A DNA stretch of 64,000 nucleotides, taken from Phoronis australis (lineage: Eukaryota > Animalia > Phoronida). Where the stretch lies: contig NMRA01000482.1 in the NCBI GenBank assembly GCA_002633005.1, positions 139,462 through 203,461 of the forward strand. Direction: 5' to 3'. Positions 51,961-63,802 of the stretch are shown here, in pieces. Both the position numbers and the translations under genes were made by a program. Position 1 is the first letter of the stretch, and each line of letters starts with the position of its first letter. The notes below the pieces were generated by a model. The model worked only from the letters and a program-made list of their open reading frames with translations. It did no database searches and was not told the origin of the DNA.

Positions 51961-51970
51961 ATGGATGCGG
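51961..51970 (+). CDS. TLR: Probable TLR start micro-exon (ATG GAT GCG G)
   Basis: Perfect G|gtaagt donor; phase 1 matches the acceptor at 56613 and gives MDAGSNTWIRACRCVVSLLLLWS. Confidence 0.65.
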
Positions 51971-54900
51971 GTAAGTGAAAATCAGGGCTCTTCAATTGAA
52001 TATAGAGACACAACTTTTCAAGCTGAGCCAACTTCAGGAAAAAGGGTGTGATGTGCATGTAGGAAGAAATTCAGAGCAGTTCAGTGGAACTAGCGATGTT
52101 AGCACACTCGTGTTGGCGTCGTGTGTTTCAGCGCTTGCTATACAGATTCTCCCAATATATAAATATTTTGCGACTAATGTCTCACTTACCTATTAATGTA
52201 GGAGCTTTAAAAAAGTTTCGCGAGTTCTTTAACATGGCACCAACTTTTATTTCAGCGTTTTCACCTCATTCATAGATGTTACTTTCAAATATAGCAAGTT
52301 CCCGCTTTTAAAGTTGCACATTTTCGTGTAATTTGCTGATGAATTTGATGAAAACTGACAAAATGTTAAAATTTGGCGTTCGTGCGATATGTCGTGATAA
52401 CAATATTGTCTTGGGCATTATAACAGATACATTTAAGCAGTGCTAATCAAATTAAACAAGTTTAACGAGAAAATTCCGTTAAAGTAGGAGTAAAATAAGC
52501 TTTTAAAATTACACCGTCACCTGCCGGTAGAATATAAAACTACTTTGAATTACAAATAGACGGTTAGCTCTTCCTACTAAAGGAGTATCAGAAGATCGAT
52601 TAAATTTTGTTGCCAAACAAGCATGATAAAGTAGGAACTGTAATGCAAATGGTGGGAAAGTTTGGACTAAAGAAGACCTCAATTAGTTTTCGTCGACTTT
52701 TACAAGAGATACTCACCCCATATCACAATCGCGACGAACCATAGGGCCATAGAAAGGTAATTCAACGCACTAGATGCATTTCGACCAACTCTGGCCCACT
52801 CTTCCGCCAACAATTTCTTCCCCTAGCCTACTACTGAACCTCTCCACGTTGAAGTAAAGTCATTGATTAATACTAACACTTTTGAAACAATCTGGGTGAG
52901 CTTCGTGAAAATATCGATAATATGGAGCACAAAGTTGTAGAATTCCATGTTCATTGTGACATGCAACAGAACAAAAATTAAATACTGATAAAACTTTGCC
53001 AGATTATTTTGGTTTTGCTATTCAAAGTCCGAAGGTTTCAATATTATACAAAGATGTAACAAAAATTGTTTGAAAAGTACATTGTTTTGTAAAGTGAATG
53101 TCTTTTTGAGTTATTAACGCCTTTCACTTATTCATTAAAGTGACGTTGTTCACAGTAAGGTGTTTCAATGATTTTTGTAAAAGTGTCCAGTCAAAGCGTA
53201 CAGAAACAGAACTCTGTGATTTCAATAAAGGCTGATGCAGTTCCATTAAATATCATTGGTGTCGTGTCTATCGTATCCACTGTAGAAGTCTCATCAAACA
53301 AACTAAATTGATTACGATGGGTACATGCTGATATAAATCATCAACTGCGCATGCTGAAATGGTTGAAATTGTTGCGGAAAACGCAAGAGATGTCCTTCCT
53401 ATTGTGTCCGTTCACACCGTACAACATGTTTTACTCGGACGCAATTGTTATATGTAAACGTATTTTGTTGTGTACTTTTTATGATTAGACTTAAAATCCA
53501 CAACGTTTATGTTGTGAGTACGCTGGACAGAGCCTTTTTAATGATACGTCTTGGCTATCAGCCGAAGAATTTCTTACTTTGGTGCCCTGAATCTTTACAA
53601 GAAATGATGGTTTCTCACTAGTTTTTAATTGGCTAACGCTGTTATTTACAACGGCCTCTAACGCTAAATACATGTTTTATCCATATAAACTTCGCTTTAA
53701 AAATATACAATTCAAAACGTGGGAGCTCTTTAAAGAATAAATTACTTAACTGGCCATAGAAGAAATAAATGAATTCTCAGGTGAAAGTACTCACGAAATG
53801 GACTCCTACACTTCAGGGCTCACTAACTGAGTAACGACCCGCCCACGCACGCATTTTTATTTTGTTCAATAAAATCCCACAATAGAATTTTGAACGCAAC
53901 AGTCATGTACAGGATATTTCCGGTCCTTCCTAATCTCTCGTAACCACGAGGACAATTTCTGATGGGGAGAAATGTGCTGTCGTAAATAAGCAGTCACAAA
54001 AGTGTAGACTTTAATTCCAACCATTAGTTTTTGTCTGCGAACAAAAAGCACGATGCACTAATTGAATCTACATCAGTTGACTCATTCAACTTATTTTGTG
54101 TCTGTTTTACGTTCCCTATTTCATTTTAAGCCCCGTTTATATCCAGCACTTTTATACTCGTACATGAATACATGTATATACTGTACATGGGCGGCACAGC
54201 ACTGAAAAAAGTGGAGGCTATANNNNNCCCCCCCCCCCCCCAAGCCCAGCATGGTTCGCCGCCCATGATTACACCATACGCATATCTGCACCCGGGTGTA
54301 AATGTAAATTTACATCGCGTTTATAAGGGTGAAAGGAAAAGCAACACAACTTTATACATTGATCTCCGTAGTCGTAGTATAGTGAAGATGCTTCTAAAAC
54401 AATTGCCTTGAATCTGTGTAGTTCTGAGGCTCGGGTGTCTATCACCATGGGGTTACTTTGGAACTATTTCGCAAACGGCAAGTGTGGATATATTAAGAGC
54501 CGCCGGTGGAGTGGAGGCAAAATGCATTTAATAATGGAAATTTTAACCACGAAGGGTGGTTTGAAAATTTACAAATGGCAGATCCCATCCAAAAGGTCTA
54601 TGGGCCTACTCATTTTGCCAAGTATTCCTCCAATGTATAACAAACCAATAAGACAACCACCCGTCAGGTTGAAGGCAAGTCGTAATGGATTTGCTAACAG
54701 CGCTGTTGGTTACCTGGCGGTGTTACGAAATCGCGTGGTTTTCAGTTCTCAATGCATGCATGATATAAACTCAGTCACGGCCTATTCTTTGATAAGTCAT
54801 TCTGCGCAAAATTTTTATAAGTCCACCACCTGAATGACAAATTTGGGATTTCTTTATTGCGGCGGTCTAGTAGTGGTTTCGATGGAAGTCACACATAATA

Positions 54901-57900
54901 AATTATATGTTAAATATAAAATATAGTTCGTAATTTTTGTTTCAAAAACAGGGCTCTAATACTGGGATATTTTTGGTGCGTGATTACTGACACTGCCTAT
55001 TAGCACACGTGATGGCTTGGCTGGGTTGCGTTCATGATGCACTGGCTTTTGGAAATTCAGCGTTCAAGGTGAACCGAAAAGCTGAATTTTCCTGATAGAG
55101 TTATTGTATAGGTACGCCCGTTGTACCTCTTAGGGGTGGCGCTTATCCAATGAAACGTGAAAGTTTCATCCTGCAGCAGCAACACTAATAGCAGCGATAG
55201 CAGCAGCAGCAGCAGCAGCAGCAGCATTTCAATAAAAGACCATATCAAAGACATATGACAAATGAAAATCTTTTGGAAAGTGATGTTGCTTTAAAAGGAA
55301 ATGAGATCACAGAAATAATCTTGTAATGGTACTTTTGGTGAAGTGATCTTGCGTTTACGTTCGTGTGTAAATTTAATCGCGTTCACATGCGCAAGTAGTG
55401 TCGCTGCACTTGTGTAAATTTACATTTACACGACCTCTGGAGGTGTAATTATACAGCCGAGTTCGTTCACATGACAAAAAATTTACAGCGTACGTAAATA
55501 TAAACTCGGGTATAAACTTCATCATGTTTTATTTGTCACAGAACAATTGTCTATACACACATCACTGGCCATTCAGTTTTTTTGTTGCTCGTATCTATCA
55601 TTGACACCAATTTACACCCACTCACTCAATATAACTTTATGTTTCTCATATGGTTATGAGTCATTGGGATATTCACCTGCCTGTAACATGTATGTTCAAA
55701 ATGAAACTAAAAGATCCCTATCATTTTGATGCCGTTGATATAAAACATGACCTCACGTGATCAGGTGTTGTGTTACCTGCATTTACAATGCCACGGTGTG
55801 GTAGTTGTTTTGGCTAAAGGCCAGACTACGCCTCCTGCTCTGTCATTACCCGAGGGTCGAAATCAAAGGTACATCTGCCGGCGCGGTCAATAAAAACTGG
55901 TTTAAATTAATCAAAAAGCAAGGTCTCACACAGAAAGCAACTTCTTGTACGTCTGCTTCCAGGAAAGCCACTTGTGATTAATATGAATATTTATTTAAAT
56001 TGTTGATTATTTAAACAGGTACGTTAAACTCCACGCAAATTCTATAGGAATTGTCTAAACTCTAGCTTTAGTTCAACTTTCATTATTAAATGCACTATAC
56101 AGTATTGGAAGTGTCGGTCCGCTCTTCGAGTCTAACTTTCAAAAACACTCTCGAGCATTCGGCAGTGCGATTGACAAGGTTCTATGCGGTTCACATTGGT
56201 ATTCATTCACTGTTGTCTGATTTCACTGCTTTCACAAGTTGTTATTTACTTTCATAATGATTGTGTGCCTCCAACAATCAGATGTCACCATGCTAAAAAT
56301 TTATTGATGACACCTCAAACTCAAGCGATTTGTACTCACATATAGTCGTATCGAGGTTGAACGCAACACAACAGGCTAAAATTCAAGAAACAGTTTAAAC
56401 TCAATACCTACCTGAAAGAGAGAAAATGCGAAATCCCATACACAGGTGAAATAATACATGTTCTAGGAACACTGAAATATGCAACGATTCCAAAAAACAT
56501 GGCCGTGAGCTTGAATTCGAATTTGCATGTAGAGTTATCGGTAACATGTATTTGAACCGCATTTTAGTAGTTGACAGTATTCATGTTTTTTATTCAATTA
56601 TGTTCATTTTAGGTTCCAATACCTGGATCCGTGCGTGTCGCTGTGTAGTTTCGCTACTTCTACTATGGTCGAAGGTTCCTGTCAGTAAAGGCAGTTTTGT
56701 GTGTACAGAGAGATGCAAAGTTTGCTTTTGGACACATACTGGTCTCAAAACGTGTGCCGACTTCGCAAACTTTGACGACGCGCTACAAAACGTTCCTGTC
56801 GACGTCAATGAACTCCTGATTGGCGCAGACGAATCCGGCACGTGGTATCCGGGTTGGAATGTTTACCGAAAAACGTTTTTCTGCAAAACGAGTTTGCTCA
56901 GAGATGAATCCTTTGTAAAATTCAAAGGAATGCGTTCTCTAAAAATGAATTTGTGTAATGTTCAACGTATTGACGCGAATTCTTTGTCAGGACTCAAAAA
57001 CATAGAGGACCTTCAATTGATTTTACCAAATTCCGACCACTACTTTAAAAATGAAAGCTGCTCAGAAACATTCTCATTGATGGAAAAATTAACATCGTTA
57101 ACAGTTAGCGGAATAAATTTTCTATTGTGCGACGTCTCAACGTTGGTTATAAGTAAACCGCGCCTTTCAGAACTTAGACTCTACAATCTAATCCTGAGTG
57201 TCCATAAACCAATTAAACACGAGGTGTTGCGAACACTGGATTTGTCATACTCTGACTTATTTCCGAGGAAAATTCCAGACCCGTCTGGTTTACCAAATTT
57301 GGAAGAAATTGCGTTAAACTACACTACTATATACAATTTTTCGATTGACAATCCGTTCGCTGTAAAGCATATACGTCTAGTCATGGATTCTGCTCAACGA
57401 ACACAAGACGAAGTAAAAGCCAAGGAGTTTGACAATTACGCAACTCTGAACTCTATTGAAATTTTCTTCCAATACAACATGCAATTCACCGTTGAAGAAG
57501 GGTGTTTTAATACGCTGGCGCGTAATAACGTAACTGTGCGAAAGCTGGAGATCACTTTTTCATCAAGTTATTACCCTACTGTGGTTAATCAACTGTCTAT
57601 GACGACTTTGCAGAGGCTATTAGCAAGTTCGTCTGAATGCAATGTGAATACGCTCGTGTTAACATATGGTGTTATTTATTTGAAGAACAACGACAAAGCC
57701 ATCGCTCTTTCCAAGTCTTTCAACGTTTCTTCTCTGCGCCACCTTGACCTCAGTTTCAACTCGCTGCTCATTATACCAGATTTTGTCCAGTTGCTTCACC
57801 TGGAATCATTAAGACTTCAATTTTGTGGCATCACCGATATTACTGAAAACGCTTTTCAACATTTGATGCAGCTGCGGTACCTGGATCTTACAGGAAACAA

Positions 57901-59359
57901 GCTTACCGCCATCAGACTTAAACCTTTCACGTTATTCAAGAAGCTCCCAGAGACTTTGGAAACGCTTGTCTTGAAAATGACTTTTGACGGGGCTAAAGAC
58001 TTCTGCAAAGGAAGAAAAAATCCAGTTATAAAAAATGCTATTCCAAGTCCGCCTCCTATTCCGTACAGCAACATTAACTTTCCAAATTTGAGATATCTTG
58101 ATTTGTCTGAGACAACTTTGGTTGGAGGATTAATGATCAAGGGCTTAGTTTTCCAATCCATGAGGCACCTAGTTCTGCAACGAACAACAATGTGCATTAA
58201 CAAACCTGACATATTGATATATCTAAACCAAACATTGGAATCACTGACGGTCAGCGGAAGCCCATATATTCTTGAGCGGATACTGGAAACTTTAAATACG
58301 ATTAATACAACGTGGCCAGCGCTTAGAAAAATCGACATGAGTGAAAATTCAAAATATTTTCAAAGAGCCAACAAGACAAGCCCTTTCTTAAACAAATTAT
58401 TTTTTTTGAAAATGATGCCTGGGATCGAAACGGTCAACCTCTCATTCAACTCACTTTCTGATGTAAACAAACTAACCTTCAAGCCAGTACCAAACTTAAA
58501 GACGTTAGATTTAAGTAACAACCAATTGGTGTATATGGATCCTCATATATTTCAAAATTTGCGGGCTTTCAAATTCTTAAATATTTCTCAAAATAAATTT
58601 AAATGTGATTGCGACTTAAGGCCGTTTCGAGATATGCTTAACCGTTCTAGGTTTCACTTTGAGCAGACTCCATGTTACTATCCTACATCATTGAAAAATC
58701 AATTAATATCTAACTACAGTCTTCCCTTCATTGCCTGTGACCACCATCTTGAAATGGTAATAGCACTGGCTGTTGTCGGGTTGGTTTTGGCTTCAGTACC
58801 CATTCCTGCTCTCATCGCTTATTATAGGCTCAACATTAAGTACTGGTGGTATTTCGGCCGTCGTCGCGCCGGATACCGCCCAATAGATGGCGATGTTCAC
58901 CGGTATGACGCCTTCGTCTGTTACAGCAAAAACGAACTGGGTTGGGTGGTCAGGGAGTTAGTAGAAGAACTTGAAAATGGTCCAAATGAGCGTTTTCAGT
59001 TGTGCATACATGATCGAGACTTTGATCTAGGTGGCGATATAATTGAAAACATCACCAGGAGCATTAACTGCAGTCGAAGGGTAATCTTCGTCCTTTCTAG
59101 AGAATTTATTCGCAGCTACTGGGGTACCTTTGAACTAAATCTGGCCTTGATGGAAGCCATCGAAAAGAGACGAAAGTTTGTTATTCTAATTTTCTATGAG
59201 AATATTCCGAAGAAAGAAATCCCGCGTCACCTCCAGTGTTTCATGCGTCACGTGACCTATGCATCGTGGCCCCAACACGTAGGTCGGGCAAGAGAAATGT
59301 TTTGGATGAAACTAAAACTGGCTTTGAGGAACAGAGGAGTAGCCGAGGAAAATATTTAG
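51961..59359 (+). CDS. TLR: Toll-like receptor, single-cysteine-cluster type; join(51961..51970,56613..59359), 918 aa
   Basis: Signal peptide, LRRs (LRHLDLSFNSL, LRYLDLTGNKL, LKTLDLSNNQL), LRRCT (NKFKCDCDL...CYYP...C), TM helix (MVIALAVVGLVLASVPIPALIAYY), TIR (YDAFVCYS, LCIHDRDFDLG, FW box 3). Confidence 0.95.
55172..55226. repeat. Interrupted (CAG)n microsatellite
   Basis: Directly visible in the TLR intron. Confidence 0.85.
56613..59359 (+). CDS. TLR: TLR main exon (ectodomain, TM and TIR in one exon)
   Basis: Lies inside the 937-aa ORF 56546..59359; strong polypyrimidine tract and ttttag acceptor at 56611-56612. Confidence 0.96.
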
Positions 59360-59594
59360 CTTATTGGAGCTGTTCTTGAGTGATTAAAAGGGATCTGATG
59401 GGTTTAAGACTCGTCTACGGTTTGGGTTAGATTTTGAAAACAAAAATGACGATTCCAGGGGCATGAGTACTTGAAGGGTTCCAATTCCCTACGGTAGTGT
59501 TAAGGACACTGAGAAAAAGCTGTCGATTCTGGGAACGAAGTAAAATTTTGAGCTGCTGTTTAGTGTTATTGTTGAAAGTTTTCAAGTTACCAAC

Positions 59595-59679
59595 AACACG
59601 CACACACATACATGCACACACACACACACACACGCACACGTACACGCACACGCACAAGCACACACTCACACACAAACAC
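59595..59679. repeat. Imperfect (CA)n microsatellite 3' of the TLR stop
   Basis: Directly visible. Confidence 0.9.
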
Positions 59680-60641
59680 CAGTATCCTACGTATAGAGGA
59701 TTAAAGGTTCAATTATCATCGAATGATAGTTTTACTACCGATTATCCTGTACAGTTTTAGCTCCATATTTACATGTACATATTTTGACTTGATTTTCGCG
59801 ACAATTAAGATCAACGTTCACTACTATATTGTTTTTGATCAAAACAATGTTATTTTTGTCTGATAAGCATTTCGTAATAGCAATTTTAGTTTGCATTTAC
59901 CTTTGTTGTTTAAAGCTCATCTACGGATTGTCATTAAATTTGACAACTAGGCTTTTAAGGAGACGACGACTCCTTCTTATCATATTTTTGGAAGCATTGG
60001 ACGTACTCTGCGCTGCATAGTGTTGTTTTTCACCATTTTAGAGTCTGTTATTGGCGTTCATCTCCCTATCTACCAACTCAAAGGGGCGTTTTGAAAAATA
60101 GAAAGTGTGTTCTTGCCAAGAAGTCTATGGTTGACGTTGATGTTCGGACGAGCCCGACAACTGTGGCGCTCGCTAGTTACACTTTTGCGTTCGTGGTTGT
60201 GCGTCCTTCAGTTAACCACAAGCAGGATATTTGCAAAATTTGGCAAATGTTTTCCTGTGAATGCCGCAATGGATAACAAGGATTTTCGGAGGTATCCGAA
60301 TATCTCTGTAATCCATAGTTTAAAATTAATTTTTTATATTTACCTATAGACCTTCAGAGTTCCTCGAAATATTTTCGTATTTGGCAGATAAGTTTCTATT
60401 ACGCAGTCGAAAATGTATTCCCATGTTTCGGTGGATTTGACAACTAGAGGCCACTGTTTATTTTCCACAACTCTGTTTTGGTGTCTGTCGCTAGCTGCCA
60501 ATCTGCTTCAAGGACCATTATGAAAATTAGCTGAAGTCGCTCATAGACAGCCGCTGACTCTAATTTTTGAAAGAGGCCAATTAGTCTGACGCGCCTCTAG
60601 TAGGCAATTTTTGTTTGCATCTGTAGTTGCGTGTATCTGCT

Positions 60642-60860
60642 CATGCGCGCACCCAGGGGCGAAGTGGGTAAAAAGGTCCGCCTCAGAGAAACAAAAACTC
60701 CTCGAAAACGAGGCAAAAGTCCACTAAAAAGACGCAGACGCACAATTTACAGTTTTGAAGGCAGTACCCTGTTTTTTTAGTCCTGTCGATATTTTGTGGG
60801 CAAAAGGTCCACATCGACAGAAATTCGAGCCCCCCATATTGAAGGCTGGGTGCGCGCATG
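60642..60860 (+). mobile_element. MITE family A copy, 5-bp TSD ctgct
   Basis: catgcgcgcacccag...ctgggtgcgcgcatg flanked by ctgct on both sides. Confidence 0.85.
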
Positions 60861-60959
60861 CTGCTTATCCTCTTGCATCATAATTGTTAAATTTGTCAAG
60901 TGTTATCATGAATGCGACAACGAAGGACGACTACTTATGAATGAATGCGACTACTGATG

Positions 60960-60973
60960 TGCCCCCTAGTGGC
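60960..60973 (-). promoter_or_regulatory. CTCF-like motif GCCACTAGGGGGCA
   Basis: Close match to the CTCF core consensus; lies between the TLR and the next gene. Confidence 0.45.
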
Positions 60974-62583
60974 TATTCTATTTTTACATTTACCCTTGTA
61001 CCGTCAGAGTTCCTTGATATTTGTCGAATAGGTTTCTATTAAAGAGGCGACACTACCTTCCTATTTTTGGACTGATTAAACGTAATCTGCGCTACCTATC
61101 GGCCGTTTTCATTATTTCCCGCCAAAACGATAAAAATTGGTAGGCGTTTCGTGCTGGAAAAACCACGATTGTCGTTGATTTTCAGGATGGATCCGACTAC
61201 TGTGTCGCCCCTAGTGCCAATTTAGCGTTCACAGATGACCTTCTAAGCCCTTTGCACAATCCTGTGAAATATGAATAGTGTATTTTATACATGAGGCAAA
61301 CGAAGACAATTTATTTTGGACCTACTCAAGTACGACTGTGTCTGATTATGACATTATGAACGTTTGCCGGAATTCAAGGACGGATTAACATTAGGTTTAC
61401 AAGTTCCTATGAAATTTCGCACGTTTTATGGACTCTTCAATTAATATAAACCTTGAAAAATTGGCAGTTTTCCAATTATCCCAGATTACGACAAGGATAC
61501 CCAGCCATATTGGGTATGTTAGCTTACAATACAAGCCCCTGAATAGTCATTAGCATTTGCTGTACAAATGAATTTAAGGAGAAAATAGTTCCAATAATTC
61601 AGTGGTCCCGGGTGTATCGTTTATTGATTAGTCAGAGAGGGAAATGTCGTTTACTGGTCTTCCGTTGAAAAGCACACTGCATTCGGCAAGATAATTTGTT
61701 GTAGAATTTCAGTTAAACTTTCTAACTCCAATTAAGAATTGAACATGCGCCACCGTCTGTCGGAGTCTGCTGAAATCACCACCATGCCAACTGGGAACGA
61801 GACCTTTGCAATATATTTCCCCCATATTTGGAAACCTGGTTTTCTTTTTTCTCACCATGTCCACAAATACAAACAAACCAGATTCACTAAGCCTATATAC
61901 GCAACGCCTTTCTCAAAAATGCAACCAAGCCTACCGTACCCTTGCAATTTTTAAAATAAAAAAATGTTGACACTTTTCATTAACAAAGTAACAAAGGCAT
62001 ATTACCATACTCATTTACATAGAATTAGTCTTGCAAAACGAGATTTTCGCGAGATTGTAATGGTAACTGGTTTTGGGATGGTTTCCAGCATACCGGAAGA
62101 CCCGGAGTTGTTTATAAACTAGTGTTAAATTTGCATATTTTAATATGCAAAGTTGTTAAAACAACTTAATAAGACATGGCATCTTTAATGCGTCATGGCC
62201 CACTTGTGCCCCCCTGGCTACTCCAGTCACCCGTGTGCCAGAAGAGAGACGCGGGTGTGGGATATTGGTGGCGACCTGGAGAGATATGTGGCACCCGTGA
62301 AGTGCTACAGGAGGAGGGTGTCAAGGCTACCACCGAGGTGACACCATTATATTTTGCCCCGGTGAAATCAATATCTGGTCAGTTATAACAATTCTAAGAT
62401 GTTATTTTTTCTGATGCCAACAGTTATTTTGAAAAAAAATGCTGGAAGAAAACCTTTGTGAATAACACACGAACTCTCAAGTATTTTTGTTTCTTTAAAT
62501 ATGTCTAGTCAAAATATTCCTTCTATTTGCTTTCATGAAATATTACCAAAACTGAGATATTTGTGCACAAAACACAAGTAGGA

Positions 62584-62970
62584 TTTAAAACCGAAGCTTT
62601 ATGGTACTCACCGAAACTTCGGTGTATTGGGAAAGGTCAGAGCGAAACTTCGACGAAGTTATTAATAGATGTCGCGGCAACAACATAGGATGACTCAATG
62701 AAAAATCCCGAAATTTGTTTTTGTTATTGTAGCTCTCAACACACGCATGTAAATAAATAAAGACACATCATGATAACAGTGGTCATTTTTATTGACACTG
62801 GTAAATGACGAGACAGTGATTTTCAGTTAGTCTGAAAGTACGACTGAACTGCACCAGCTGATGTTGAGTCCGATGACTGAACAGCCATTTACCGATGACT
62901 CCGATATCGTTGTCTAGTGAGAAAGGTAAGTGAAGTTACGGCGAATTTCGGTAAACCGAAGTTCCCCTAA
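62584..62970 (-). mobile_element. Dispersed repeat family D, inverted copy
   Basis: actcaccgaaacttcggtg...ttcggtaaaccgaagttcccctaa. Confidence 0.7.
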
Positions 62971-63340
62971 TACCAAAGCACCTTTATACCCACCAATCAA
63001 ACGGTTGTTTTTATTGTAATGAGACATAAGGCCATTAACTGTAAACTAACCAGGATAATTTTGCTTCGTTTGTATTAGTCTTATGGCCTATAATCTGATC
63101 AATCGATGACTATGCAAATACAATTAAAAATCAAAAAGCCACGATAGCCAGGACATAAAATAAATATGACAGAGAACATAAACTACAAAGAGTGGAAAAC
63201 TATTGGAAATGGCGACAATAAAAATAAGATTAAAACTACACTAACTTGTTAAATCACCTTTTATCAGTGATGTGTACATTTAATGGCTGCCTGCTTATGT
63301 TCAAAGACACTGTCTCAAATAAATCAAACCATTATAATCA

Positions 63341-63442
63341 TATAAATACTTTCAAATTCCACGTAGACGTATCAGTCTGCAGTTTCTGTCGGAATAAAAG
63401 TTTAACCATAAAATTTCTGCTTATTTACTCCATCATCTAACG
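63341..63442 (+). promoter_or_regulatory. TATA box, initiator and non-coding first exon of the right-edge gene
   Basis: TATAAATA at 63341-63348, TCAGT Inr about 32 nt later (63372-63376), CG|gtaagt donor at 63443. Confidence 0.6.
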
Positions 63443-63714
63443 GTAAGTCAATCAAAGGCTTTCAAGTACATTTCTAAAATAACCAAATAAGGAATAATAT
63501 AAGAAATCTGAAGATGCGGGAAAATGCAAGCATATCCACCTCGCAATACGTGAAATGTACCAAGTTATTTATTTATTTCCATATTTGAATGAATAGCTTA
63601 AAACTTTCCCATTTCTATTCTGTAATACACATACAGTAAAACTCTACACGGAAACGAGTTAAACGTTCTTACAGGCCTTGTTAGTGAAACTGTTACTCTA
63701 CGTAAATTACAGAT

Positions 63715-63802
63715 ATGAAGGCGACAGTTTGCTTGTTCGTCGTGGTTCTCTTGCTGGGAACGCTGTTTTGCCCTACCGTCAACACTGAAAACTCCGAGGA
63801 TG
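63715..63802 (+). CDS. First coding exon of a secreted or membrane protein (MKATVCLFVVVLLLGTLFCPTVNTENSED), continuing beyond the window
   Basis: aattacag acceptor at 63712, classic signal peptide, G|gtaggt donor in phase 1. Confidence 0.7.

Noticed and set aside
54408-54833. 141-aa plus-strand ORF in the TLR intron
   Set aside because: Non-ATG start, no recognisable motif and no splice support.
56590-58338. Minus-strand ORFs inside the TLR (likewise plus-strand ORFs inside ASNSD1 exons 5 and 12)
   Set aside because: Antisense shadows of real coding sequence.
59247-59256. Perfect CLEAR palindrome GTCACGTGAC
   Set aside because: Lies inside TIR-coding sequence (RHVT), far from any TSS; likely incidental.
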